A stretch of 64,000 nucleotides of DNA from the UHGV virus genome UHGV-0175639; one strand, 5' to 3'. A program made the position numbers and the translations under genes. Below, piece after piece: positions 39,281 to 49,095 of the stretch (its first letter is position 1; each line of letters opens with the position of its first letter). This DNA comes from a virus. The notes under the pieces are model-generated. The model did not search any database. It saw nothing but the letters and a program-made list of their open reading frames with translations, and had not been told where the DNA came from.

Positions 39281-42200
39281 TCACGTCTTAATGGTTTCTG
39301 CTACGTCGGCTAATATCGCTTCTAGTCGTTCTCCCTCTTCAGGTCTGAAGTAAAGAATGTTGGGGTTAAACCCGTAAAAGACAGTAACGTCAAGGTCTGG
39401 AAGATACTCCTTCCTGCCGACCAAATCGGATGGCTTGTTTTTGTTGTTAAACAATGAAGTTGCCCGGCTGCCACACGTCAGCACATAGGTCGGACGCACC
39501 AGATTGATCTCTTCACGCATAAAGTCGGTGAACTGGCCGATCTCGTCTTTGGTGTAGTCTTTTTCTTTGTCTTTAACCTTCTTGCAAACACCTGTGACAT
39601 AGAGATCGCCCATGCGTAAATCTCCAGCCGTCAATAGCTTGGCCTTAAAGTCGTCGTATCCGTTCTCCATAAAGTAACCGGTTCGAGCATCATTGCCGTT
39701 CGCATTGTCCAGAATGATCATGATTTTCGGCTTAATACCAATGCTGGGGCGGATTAGTTCATCACCTAAGCCCATTTCAGCCGCCATCCGCGTCATGAGT
39801 ACGTTAATTTCAGCCGAACGTTTGGGGTTCATCTCAAACGGACGTGAGGCTTTAACTGCGTCTATGACAAGGTTTCCCATCAATTCAGCCTGGTCGCGTA
39901 GGCGCTCTGGATCAGTTGCTGGCAGACTGCCTGGCTCGATGGATGCAAACGCCCCTACTTTTTGCAGCGATTCGCGCACTCGACTATTACAGGCACGTTT
40001 CTCGACAGCTTCTTCGAATTGCGCCAGTGACTCGAATTTGCCGCCAACTTTTTCTCGCGCTCTCATGATGGCTTGGCAGCCATTCTCAGAACACCCTTTC
40101 ACAGCAGAGAAGGGCGCATACAGCACCTGGCTGCCATCTTCAAGCGTGCGGATCTCGATTCGGTTAGATGACACGTTAACGTCTGGTGGCAATACGCGAA
40201 TACCATAGGTCAGCGCATCTTTAACCAGCCCCTGGTGTTTATCTTCGCCAAGAATAGTGAGAGCAGCAGCGAAGAACTCCGCGGGATAATGAGTTTTCAA
40301 CCACATAGATTGATAACTGATTAAGGAGTAAGCAACAGAGTGTGATTTGTTGAACTGGTAGGCACCATTCTTTTCGAATGCGGTCCAGATCTCCTTCGCT
40401 TTCATCTCTGATAGCCCTGGATGTGACGCTGTAACGCGTACTGCGTTTATAGGTAGTTTTGCGCCGTACTCAAGTGCCTCTTCGACAGTTTTCAGAGTTC
40501 CGTCTTCGCATTTAAAATGTTCCGCACGGTGAATGCGCTGTGTAGTGCCATCTTCCAGCTCAACGTCTATCCAGCCAGCTTGAGCCTGAACGATGAACTT
40601 CTCGCCCATGCTCTTCATTTTTTCCATGTCTTTTTTACCGATCGCTTTACGAACGCCGTCAGCTTCAGCCATTGTGAAGCCAGCAAGCAATCGAGTCGCG
40701 TTCATCGTCTGTTCCTGATAGAGAATCACGCCATTTGTTTCTGCGGTAAGTTCATCAAGAACGGGGTGTAATGATTCCGGCGTCATAAAGCCTTTGGCTA
40801 CAGAAACATAGTCATCCAACATGCCTGACTGAATTGGCCCCGGCCGGAAGAGCGCAGTCGTAGCAACAACCGTTTTAAAGCTCATTGGCTCAATTCCACC
40901 ACCTAAATCTTTAAGCAGCTTGCGCATTGGGCCTGATTCAAGCTGGAAAACACCTTGAGTGTACCCAGCAGCAAAACCATCCAGCACCTTGCGATCTTCA
41001 AGAGAAATGGCATCAAGATTGATATCTTCACCTGTGTTCTCTTTTATGTAGCGTTTTGCACTATCGAGCAAATCGAGAGTTGCCAGACCAAGTACGTCCA
41101 GCTTAATTAGGCCCATAGCCTCGCAGTAACGCTTGTCAAATGCGATACAACGCGCGTCACCACGGCGCTCAACCGGTGTACGTTCTGTTAGAGGAACACC
41201 TGCTACGATCATCCCTGCCGCATGTCTACCAAAGCCACGCATAAGGCTTTGTAACTTGCAGGCTGCATTGAATGCATCAGGATATTTTGTTGCGTATTTG
41301 TCGAGACTTGCCAGTTGTTCGCGCAGCTCTTCCAATGGAAGGCTATCATCCTCGACGTTCTTCAGTTCTTTTGATACCGCCATATCTGCGGACTCCACAC
41401 CATAAATACGAGCGGTGTCACGTAGTGCAGAGGCTGCGCCCAGGTAGGTGAAGTTCGGAATGCCTGCAACGTAATCTTCGCCGTAGCGTTCATTCAGATA
41501 CTCGATCACCTCATGGCGACGTGCCTGGCTGAAGTCCAAGTCCGCATCCGGCAAGTCGAGACGCTCAGGGTTGATGAAACGCTCAAACAGAAGACCGTGA
41601 CGGATTGGGTCGACGTTGGTTATGCCTATGCACCACGCCTCCAGAGAACCGGCAGAGGAACCACGACCAGGCCCGACAGGAATGCCAGTTTCACGGCTGT
41701 GATTCATCAGATCGCGTACCATCAGGAAGTAACCACAGAATCCCAGGCGAGTCAGCGTGTCCATTTCGTACTTTAGCCGCTCAACATAAACCCTGTTCTC
41801 AGAAGCAGGTGGTGTGTATCCAAACTCTTTTGTGGTAAGACGTTTACGCAGCCCTGCAACAGCCAGTTTCATCAGCGTTGCAGGTTCGTCGTCTGCCATC
41901 TTGGGCAGTGCTGGTGGCAATTCATGCCAGCGCCATGTGCAGGCATCGATAATGGAGTCCTGCGTTGTTGAGGCCATTGCAGCTGTTACCGGCACATCCA
42001 TGCGAACGGAGAAGGCTTTAAGCGCCTCAAGGAGATGGCGACGACCATTGATGGCGTTATCTCGCTGGTGGGGGATACGCAGACGATGCGGCTGGTCGAT
42101 TTTTATGTTGTTCGTAACCATGTGCGCAATGTCTTTAATGTCTGCATCGTCGATCGATTCGTAATAAGCGGGATAGAACGCTACTGGCTCTATTTTCAGT

Positions 42201-42799
42201 GCGCTGGCGACTTTCATCGCTCGGACGTTAATCTGGTCGTAGAATGGGGTAGGGTGCGGATAAACCACACTATAGAAGTTGTCTTTCCCGCCCGCTGTAA
42301 TCAGTGAGCTTATGATTTTTGCAAAATCGTTGCGTTGGAACACGCTACCGATGTCGGAAGTGAGCAGGATGATGTTGCCTTTGGCATATGTAGAAACCAA
42401 CTTTTCGAGCGAGAGACGCGGTACAAAGTAGAACTGTTCTCGTGTGTTGGCCACCGTCATTAGTTCGCAGATGTCGCGATATCCTTGCTCATTTTTAATT
42501 AGAGCGGTAAACGAGTAGTTACGTCCCCGCTCTAATGATTCCATACATCTCATAGATTCTTTAGCAAGTTTAGCCCGGTGCTCGTATGTGGGATCATCAA
42601 CAATGTTTAGTTTCACACCACAAATAACCGCCATGTCGTCACCAGCGGCACGTTGTAGTGGAATAACGCTCGCAATATTCATGCTATCTGCTGAAATTAC
42701 AGCGGTGTAGCCAGCTTCTCTGGCAATCTTCACCGCGTTTTCTGCTTTTAGAGCCGACTCCCCAAGTGAGAAGTCAGTTCGAACCATCAGTGCCTTCAT
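39281..42799 (-). CDS. dnaE: DNA polymerase III alpha subunit
   Basis: 1172 aa; N-terminal PHP domain, polymerase core and fingers colinear with DnaE. Confidence 0.9.
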   Translation of the reverse strand: MKALMVRTDFSLGESALKAENAVKIAREAGYTAVISADSMNIASVIPLQRAAGDDMAVICGVKLNIVDDPTYEHRAKLAKESMRCMESLERGRNYSFTALIKNEQGYRDICELMTVANTREQFYFVPRLSLEKLVSTYAKGNIILLTSDIGSVFQRNDFAKIISSLITAGGKDNFYSVVYPHPTPFYDQINVRAMKVASALKIEPVAFYPAYYESIDDADIKDIAHMVTNNIKIDQPHRLRIPHQRDNAINGRRHLLEALKAFSVRMDVPVTAAMASTTQDSIIDACTWRWHELPPALPKMADDEPATLMKLAVAGLRKRLTTKEFGYTPPASENRVYVERLKYEMDTLTRLGFCGYFLMVRDLMNHSRETGIPVGPGRGSSAGSLEAWCIGITNVDPIRHGLLFERFINPERLDLPDADLDFSQARRHEVIEYLNERYGEDYVAGIPNFTYLGAASALRDTARIYGVESADMAVSKELKNVEDDSLPLEELREQLASLDKYATKYPDAFNAACKLQSLMRGFGRHAAGMIVAGVPLTERTPVERRGDARCIAFDKRYCEAMGLIKLDVLGLATLDLLDSAKRYIKENTGEDINLDAISLEDRKVLDGFAAGYTQGVFQLESGPMRKLLKDLGGGIEPMSFKTVVATTALFRPGPIQSGMLDDYVSVAKGFMTPESLHPVLDELTAETNGVILYQEQTMNATRLLAGFTMAEADGVRKAIGKKDMEKMKSMGEKFIVQAQAGWIDVELEDGTTQRIHRAEHFKCEDGTLKTVEEALEYGAKLPINAVRVTASHPGLSEMKAKEIWTAFEKNGAYQFNKSHSVAYSLISYQSMWLKTHYPAEFFAAALTILGEDKHQGLVKDALTYGIRVLPPDVNVSSNRIEIRTLEDGSQVLYAPFSAVKGCSENGCQAIMRAREKVGGKFESLAQFEEAVEKRACNSRVRESLQKVGAFASIEPGSLPATDPERLRDQAELMGNLVIDAVKASRPFEMNPKRSAEINVLMTRMAAEMGLGDELIRPSIGIKPKIMIILDNANGNDARTGYFMENGYDDFKAKLLTAGDLRMGDLYVTGVCKKVKDKEKDYTKDEIGQFTDFMREEINLVRPTYVLTCGSRATSLFNNKNKPSDLVGRKEYLPDLDVTVFYGFNPNILYFRPEEGERLEAILADVAETIKT

Positions 42800-42977
42800 G
42801 TGTTTTTACCTTTCTGGTTTTTTTGATTTTGTCATTGGGGAAGCCTACGAACTTCCCATGCATCGAAATCGCAACTTCTTTTGCTGATTGGTGACAATCG
42901 GGCTTGTCTGGACACACCAGACAAGCCTTACCAGTTTCAGAAGCAGCGATAAGAGAGCCGAAACATCCTTTACGCAC
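42774..42977 (-). CDS. small Cys-rich protein, 67 aa
   Basis: CxxxxC...CxC pattern; overlaps the dnaE start. Confidence 0.3.
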   Translation of the reverse strand: MRKGCFGSLIAASETGKACLVCPDKPDCHQSAKEVAISMHGKFVGFPNDKIKKTRKVKTHEGTDGSN

Positions 42978-42979
42978 GA

Positions 42980-44215
42980 TTAACCAAATATTTTTTGAAC
43001 AACTTCACGAGCCGCTTGTGCAGAAGCTGAAGGGAGTTTGTTAATGAAAGAACGCTCAATACCTGTCACAAAGTCGCCTCGCATCATTCCAATCTTGGCC
43101 GACAACAAAAGTTCACGAGGGCCAATTGGCTGACTAATGAGGTGTTCTTCGTATCCATCGCGAACGATACCGGCAAACTTAACCATCTTTTCAGCGTATT
43201 CATCCACGATGCCTGCATTTGTCAACATGTTGATCTCTGCGTCTTTGCTCATGTATTTCACATTCGAAACGATGCCAAAACGCGAAAAGTTCGCGGCGTT
43301 CTGGATGTTTGTACCCTGGTACAAGCCGGTTTCATCACCAGATCCGTTCGTGTTGCCAGTGCCAATGAAAGCAAACCGTTCATGCGGAGTAATGCGACGC
43401 CATTCTGGAGTTGCCTCTTTGATGACCAACGCTTCACCTTCCAGCACTGGCTGATACACGCCAAGAATTTGTGGAAACGCAAAGTCGTATTCATCCGCGA
43501 GGTAAACCCAGCCATGCTTCATTGCGAGCGCAAGCAAGCCAGGTTCGAAATACGTAGAGCCATCACGCGCCAGAATTTGCCCCGTAACATGTGCCTCTTC
43601 CATTGATGCTGTATGTTGGGCACGGATCAACGGACGATTGAGCAAAGCACATAGCTGTGTAGGCAATGACGATTTGCCTGTTCCTGCATGACCCCACAAA
43701 TAGCCAGGTATGCCAAGTTCAAGCATCATGAAAATATCTTTGATCAGTTCGAAGTCGCCATATACGTAGCCTTTCTTCACTTCGGGAACGAACTCTGGAT
43801 ACGGCGTATTGACGTTGACGCTAACCATGAGCGGCGTCCCACGTTTTGTTCCGAGTTCTTCCACCGTTACGTTTAGCAGTTCGTGAGCTGCGACCAGATC
43901 TGTCTTGTACTCAACTGTGCCTGTGTAGCCAGGGCTACTGGTCAAGCCAGAAGATTTGGCCATTTCGCTTTTTTGCTCGGCACGTTTAGCTTGAATTGCA
44001 TCAAGTGCCTTTTTCGATAGCGTTGGTTCATCTGGAAACTGCGTTGTGTACATTTTCAGTACGGTGTCAGGATCGGCATCTTTTACTGACTCAGGAATGC
44101 CCTCGCAATTACCATTGGCTACATGGGACTTAAAATAGTGAAATGATTTGCCGCACCACTTGCAAACAAGGTAATCAGAAGGATTTTTTTCATTTTGCAG
44201 TGCAGTAGTCGTCAT
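42980..44215 (-). CDS. CobS-like MoxR-type AAA+ ATPase
   Basis: Walker A GHAGTGKS, N-terminal zinc ribbon; CobS/CobT-like pairs are remembered as typical of SSU5-like phage-plasmids. Confidence 0.7.
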   Translation of the reverse strand: MTTTALQNEKNPSDYLVCKWCGKSFHYFKSHVANGNCEGIPESVKDADPDTVLKMYTTQFPDEPTLSKKALDAIQAKRAEQKSEMAKSSGLTSSPGYTGTVEYKTDLVAAHELLNVTVEELGTKRGTPLMVSVNVNTPYPEFVPEVKKGYVYGDFELIKDIFMMLELGIPGYLWGHAGTGKSSLPTQLCALLNRPLIRAQHTASMEEAHVTGQILARDGSTYFEPGLLALAMKHGWVYLADEYDFAFPQILGVYQPVLEGEALVIKEATPEWRRITPHERFAFIGTGNTNGSGDETGLYQGTNIQNAANFSRFGIVSNVKYMSKDAEINMLTNAGIVDEYAEKMVKFAGIVRDGYEEHLISQPIGPRELLLSAKIGMMRGDFVTGIERSFINKLPSASAQAAREVVQKIFG

Positions 44216-44310
44216 GCGTTTTTCCTTTGTTCTCTAATGAGCGTTCAACTTCTTATATAAATATATCATTATATATCGTAAGTGGTTACTTATCGTTAAG
44301 GCTGTTTTGT

Positions 44311-46419
44311 TCACTTTAAAATGATACGAGATAGTTCAGTAACTACAGATGAACCAAGACTATCAACGCTCGTTACCAGGGCATGATTTGAGTAAAATCT
44401 CTCCGGTGCGTCAGTCATGATGCCAATTGCCATCAAATCAATATCAGTCTGCGTTTCAATTTGCTTCGCAACTGAACGCAAATGAGCGTCAAAACCTCTC
44501 CCAACAGCCCACGGCGCGCCATCACTCAGAACAAGCATGATCTTCCTGTCCTCCATGCGACCGGAAAATAACGATGCAAGGCTGGCTATGCTTTCACCAT
44601 CCACGTTATTAAGAAGTGGGAATGTGTAGCCTACGCACCCCATACGTGAGCGAACTTCGCGAGAATTTACCTTTTCATTCCAATTTTTGATGATAGGTAG
44701 CATTAAAGATTCAAAGCGAGAGAACTCATACTTGACAGCCTTAAGTTCTCCTGCCGCCATATGACTACCAAATGTAGTGAAGCCGGTGATAATGTTGGGA
44801 ACATTTATTCGATCAAGGGCATCGGCGATGGTATATGCACTTGCAAGAGCCAGTTTAATCGTTATACCACTCATTGAACCTGATAAATCAATCACTTGTT
44901 GAACACAGGCGTTAACGGCTTTAGATTCTTCTTTTTTACGAAACACGCGAGCATCATTCATTGCTAATCTGTAGATACTAGAACCATGAATGCGCCCCCG
45001 ACGCTGGCCCGGTATAAACTGAACTCTGTTTCTGCTTGCTATTGCTCGCTCCAGGTCTTTTGCCAGCGTCGACGAAACACCTGACGAAAGATGCTTTTCA
45101 ATATATTTGTCGAAGAGCTGGTTGCCTTCAGGAACGATGCGATAGCGGCTGATTGGATATCCTCCCAAATCAATATCGGAGAATGTTTTAATAAGCCGTT
45201 TGATATGGGCTTCTGCCTGATCAATCGAGCCGATGAAGTCGTATGAGCGATTGTATGGCCTGTATTCGCTTTTCGAGCTTTCTGTTAACTCGCTTTTAAT
45301 CGTTTCGGATAGCGCATCTTCTGTCATGCCTCCGACTTCATCTTCCATGCTATCCAACTCCTCTAAAGCCTCTTCCAGACTCATTTTTGACGGAGTTGGG
45401 ATATCTGAAGAGCCGTCTTCTGTCGTTTTTCTTTTTTCGTGGTCAGCGGTTAATGATTCTGACGCCGCGTTATCAGAAGCATCAGAATCTGATACCTCTT
45501 TATCATTTTCTGTATCATCGAATATTGTTTCTGATGATTCAGAATTATCTGAATCATCACTGTCGTTATTATCATGTTTGTACTTACTATGTGATTCTGA
45601 TTTGATAGATTTGTAATTATCTAACACTGAGGGAGTCTCATGATCTTCGTTGTCTTCATTGTTTTCTCCAGAGGCATCCGTCTGGTCAGCGTCTGAAGGA
45701 TCGGAAGTTTTTCCCGGAGCTGACTCCTTACCTTTGCTTTCACTTTCAGTGTCTTTGAGGATCTTAGCTATGGTCGCAGCCACCTTTACACAATCCTCGG
45801 TGCAAGACATGTTACGCACGGCCACATCGATACCATGTTCTTTTAATAATGAAATTGGTTTCTCAATGACAGGCCAATGTTCATCCATGAAATCTACGAA
45901 CGGTGCTTGGCCATCCCAGGCTCTTACAACCGGACAGAGAAAGAAGTTTAGAAAAAGCGCGCGCTGATCTTTGCCACAATAAGCAATAGCCTCTGAAGCC
46001 TTTGGTTTAAAGACTTTTTCGATTATAAGGCGCTGAGTTGCCATCAGATTACGTCTTGTTCCGTTAAAGACCTGACCCATTTTTCGCTCGATGAACACGT
46101 CTTCTAAGGCATTCCATAGCGACCAGGAAGGAACGCGTCCTTTTTCTCTCATTTTGTTGGACACACGAATATCGGTAAACAAAATGTGAGCAACCTCATG
46201 ATCGAGAAATCCGCGCACAGCATTCATCAATGCCGGTGTTGCGTTATCCGGGATTGATGGGATGTTTACGAGAATTGGCTCTCCATCATCGTTATAGCGT
46301 ACATAAGCGTCGTCCCCTCGTTCTGCAACAGGGATGTTTTTACCTGAAAGGAGAGCGACTACTCGTTTTACACTGTCACGGAAGTCCTGAACCTCTTTGA
46401 TGGAACGTTTTTTAGACAT
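44311..46419 (-). CDS. CobT-like protein with C-terminal VWA domain
   Basis: MIDAS-like DLSGSM motif; long acidic D/E/S linker. Confidence 0.7.
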   Translation of the reverse strand: MSKKRSIKEVQDFRDSVKRVVALLSGKNIPVAERGDDAYVRYNDDGEPILVNIPSIPDNATPALMNAVRGFLDHEVAHILFTDIRVSNKMREKGRVPSWSLWNALEDVFIERKMGQVFNGTRRNLMATQRLIIEKVFKPKASEAIAYCGKDQRALFLNFFLCPVVRAWDGQAPFVDFMDEHWPVIEKPISLLKEHGIDVAVRNMSCTEDCVKVAATIAKILKDTESESKGKESAPGKTSDPSDADQTDASGENNEDNEDHETPSVLDNYKSIKSESHSKYKHDNNDSDDSDNSESSETIFDDTENDKEVSDSDASDNAASESLTADHEKRKTTEDGSSDIPTPSKMSLEEALEELDSMEDEVGGMTEDALSETIKSELTESSKSEYRPYNRSYDFIGSIDQAEAHIKRLIKTFSDIDLGGYPISRYRIVPEGNQLFDKYIEKHLSSGVSSTLAKDLERAIASRNRVQFIPGQRRGRIHGSSIYRLAMNDARVFRKKEESKAVNACVQQVIDLSGSMSGITIKLALASAYTIADALDRINVPNIITGFTTFGSHMAAGELKAVKYEFSRFESLMLPIIKNWNEKVNSREVRSRMGCVGYTFPLLNNVDGESIASLASLFSGRMEDRKIMLVLSDGAPWAVGRGFDAHLRSVAKQIETQTDIDLMAIGIMTDAPERFYSNHALVTSVDSLGSSVVTELSRIILK

Positions 46420-46517
46420 GGCTAATCCTTTGTTATGAAAACAAATTATTTACTAGTGTGTTTAATGTAGCACTGCGCGAACAGGGAACTAAGCCATTCG
46501 CGCAGGGAGAAGAGGGG

Positions 46518-46730
46518 TTAACAGATTCTGACGGCTAAAGACCCGGAGCCGATATTGAGAAGCGTGAAGCGTTTGTTGTTAAGTTCGAATATAAAGCCAG
46601 TTGTGTCATTCACACCAACCTGAATCTGCTCATTCGGTAGATCGGTGAGGATGTCAGCTACACACTCATCAGCTAATTTCTGTACGTGTCCGATCTCAAG
46701 AGCGATTAGGCTGGAAATAGTGGTGTTCAT
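46518..46730 (-). CDS. hypothetical protein, 70 aa
   Basis: ORF only. Confidence 0.35.
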   Translation of the reverse strand: MNTTISSLIALEIGHVQKLADECVADILTDLPNEQIQVGVNDTTGFIFELNNKRFTLLNIGSGSLAVRIC

Positions 46731-46980
46731 TCAATCAATCCATTCTAACTTATACTATGGTAAGGAATACTACTAAAATTTATATCAATACTGAATACAT
46801 TCATATCATATGCAAGTTAATTTTCTTACCTGTTTTGGGCTAATTTTTCTCCGTGCAATGGCCTTTAACCGGTCTTTTAAGTGCCTATCGAAAAAATGAT
46901 AATAGCTTTACAACCCTAACCTTTGATGTAATATCGGTAAGCACTTACCAGAGAGAATTGAACGCGCAAAGGTTGTAACA

Positions 46981-47367
46981 ATGTCTGACAACAAGATTGA
47001 ATTTATAGAAAGTCGCTATGCTGCTTTTATCGCAGGGCTGATTGAATCCTCACCTATGAGTCAGGCCCAAATAGCCAGACTTATTGGTTATAAAAATGCC
47101 AACAACCTTTCTTTAATTAAAAGTGGCAAAATTCCTTTGCCTATCGATAAGGTTCGTCCGTTGGCGCTGGCGCTGGGTATTGAGCCAAGTCGTCTTATGA
47201 TGATGGTGCTGGAAGAACGCCAACCTGAACTCGCAGCATTTTTATACAAAGAAGGCACCGCTCCTCTTAACGAGGACGAAAAACAGGTTCTTGCTGCATA
47301 TAACGAGCGATTCGGTAAAGAGAAAGGCGCATCACAAAAGGTTGTTGAGGCCATAAAGTCTCTATGA
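46981..47367 (+). CDS. HTH (Cro/C1-type) transcriptional regulator
   Basis: SQAQIARLIGYKNANNLSLIKSG helix-turn-helix; convergent with the recombinase. Confidence 0.6.
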   Translation: MSDNKIEFIESRYAAFIAGLIESSPMSQAQIARLIGYKNANNLSLIKSGKIPLPIDKVRPLALALGIEPSRLMMMVLEERQPELAAFLYKEGTAPLNEDEKQVLAAYNERFGKEKGASQKVVEAIKSL

Positions 47368-48465
47368 AAAATTTACACGAATAAGCTCTGTTGATAGACG
47401 ATCTCCCTTGAATTTGTGGTCAATTTCGTCTAAATCCGGTTGCTCTACGATTGATGCGATGTACGTCGAGAAACTTTCTAAGGCGTCTCGCATCTCGTCC
47501 ATATAATCGTGCCGGTCGTAGACTCGATCTATCCCCTCAAGACTGTGGTTCATGATTTTGCGTGATACCTCCTGGCTTATGCCTAATGCTGGGAAGTAAC
47601 TACGCGCAGTACGGCGCAAGTCTCGGGGTGTAAATGGCTCAAGCTCCATCAGTTCTGGTCGTTCCAGGATACGACGTAATGCCTGGGCTATTGCCACTTT
47701 AGACATAGGAAGGTCTTTCCCGATTTTTTTATTCGAAGGCACGAGCCACTGGCTGCCTTTACCGTATTCGAACAACTCTTCAATACATGTGCGCATTAAT
47801 GTGCTTAAAGGCAGCGAATGCTCACGGGCAGATTTGTTCCTCTTGCCTTGATTCCAAACCCCACGCTTAAGATTGAACTCACTTTTTTTAGCCCGCAGTA
47901 CTTCGTCAGGTCGTCTTGCGGATACAAGACACAGCCTGGCCGCCCATTTTGTACCAGCGCACACATTGAAGTAGTCCCATATATTCCAGAACACCCATAC
48001 CTCTGCGTCGGTCAGCTTCCGCTCGCGAGGTGTGGGCTTTGCGCCACCGGCAACTTTGTTTAGTGACATATCGTTTAACGGTGACACGTCTATCATCCCC
48101 TGGAAGGCGCACCAGCTAAGGAACTGCTTCATCAGAGAGAAAACGCGGCGGCCCATAACAATTTTGCCATCCAGTATTAGTGGGTTGACCAGTTGGTTCA
48201 CCATGAACCTATTAATGTCACTTACTTTTACATCGGCAATGTGCGGCAAAACATGTATCAAAATACAATGAACAGCGATCTCTGGCCGACGTCTTGTTAT
48301 CAGCAGAGATAAGCGAGTGAATAACATGAATGCGTCCGAGAATCTCATGTCATTGCTGACCTGCGAGATCATAACGGCCTGCATTTGAGATGCTCTTTCG
48401 AGATACTCAATCGCCTCTTTTGAGGTGTTCTCCGCAGCGCGTGCTCTGTCAAAGCTATTTTTCAT
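47362..48465 (-). CDS. tyrosine site-specific recombinase
   Basis: Conserved Arg and LRRT box and C-terminal VYDRHDY tyrosine region. Confidence 0.8.
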   Translation of the reverse strand: MKNSFDRARAAENTSKEAIEYLERASQMQAVMISQVSNDMRFSDAFMLFTRLSLLITRRRPEIAVHCILIHVLPHIADVKVSDINRFMVNQLVNPLILDGKIVMGRRVFSLMKQFLSWCAFQGMIDVSPLNDMSLNKVAGGAKPTPRERKLTDAEVWVFWNIWDYFNVCAGTKWAARLCLVSARRPDEVLRAKKSEFNLKRGVWNQGKRNKSAREHSLPLSTLMRTCIEELFEYGKGSQWLVPSNKKIGKDLPMSKVAIAQALRRILERPELMELEPFTPRDLRRTARSYFPALGISQEVSRKIMNHSLEGIDRVYDRHDYMDEMRDALESFSTYIASIVEQPDLDEIDHKFKGDRLSTELIRVNFS

Positions 48466-48563
48466 ATGACAATCACCGAGTTACGCCGATTCACTGTATA
48501 AGTAAACAGTATATTAGGCATAGATTCTTATAGGATCAAGAGTAAAAGTAACTCATTTTCAGT

Positions 48564-48596
48564 AATGATTCCATACATAGTAGGTATGGAATCATT
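48564..48596. repeat. candidate recombination core site AATGATTCCATAC-ATAGTAG-GTATGGAATCATT
   Basis: Perfect 13-bp inverted repeats around a 7-bp spacer, about 100 bp upstream of the recombinase start; half-site copies at 51259-51271 and 52281-52293. Confidence 0.6.
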
Positions 48597-48675
48597 TTGA
48601 CGTTGTTTTTTGAATTTTAAGGGAAATGGGAGTGAGTTTGGTGGGAATAAAAACGGCTCCTGTGAGCCGTTAAAA

Positions 48676-48921
48676 TCAGAGGGTGCTGACGTATGCAGCC
48701 AGTTCTGTGTATCCGCCAATCGGCTGGCCATCGATCAGCACCTGGGGGATAGTCTCTACCGGTTTACCAACAATTTCACTTAGTTTTTCCTTGTTGATAC
48801 CGGCAGTGGTGATGTCGATGTACTCATAATCACCGTAGCCATGTCCCTTTAGTTGCTTCGCCAGCTCGACCGCACGTTTGCAGTATGAGCAGTTATCTCG
48901 TCCGTAGATAGTGATCGTCAT
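48676..48921 (-). CDS. glutaredoxin-like protein (NrdH/Grx)
   Basis: 81 aa from MTITIYGRDNCSYCKRA; CxxC thioredoxin-fold motif; GAGG RBS. Confidence 0.7.
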   Translation of the reverse strand: MTITIYGRDNCSYCKRAVELAKQLKGHGYGDYEYIDITTAGINKEKLSEIVGKPVETIPQVLIDGQPIGGYTELAAYVSTL

Positions 48922-49095
48922 TGTTACCTCATAGAATTGATATGCAACTTTACTTACAAAGAAGATAGGTATGTGCATACTTATCTTTGCAGTCTGCATT
49001 ATAAAGCTATTAAAGCCTCGATCAATCTATTAATTAAGGCATTGTTTGGTTAACATTAGCCTAATAATTTATAGTTAGTAGAGTGAAATACATAC

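Noticed and set aside
48564-48600. Tiny MIPY mini-ORFs that begin with the ATGATTCCATAC half-site (here and at 51268-51285)
   Set aside because: They are created by the recurring 13-mer itself; only the 50-aa ORF at 52140-52292 has enough length and coupling to be kept, at low confidence.
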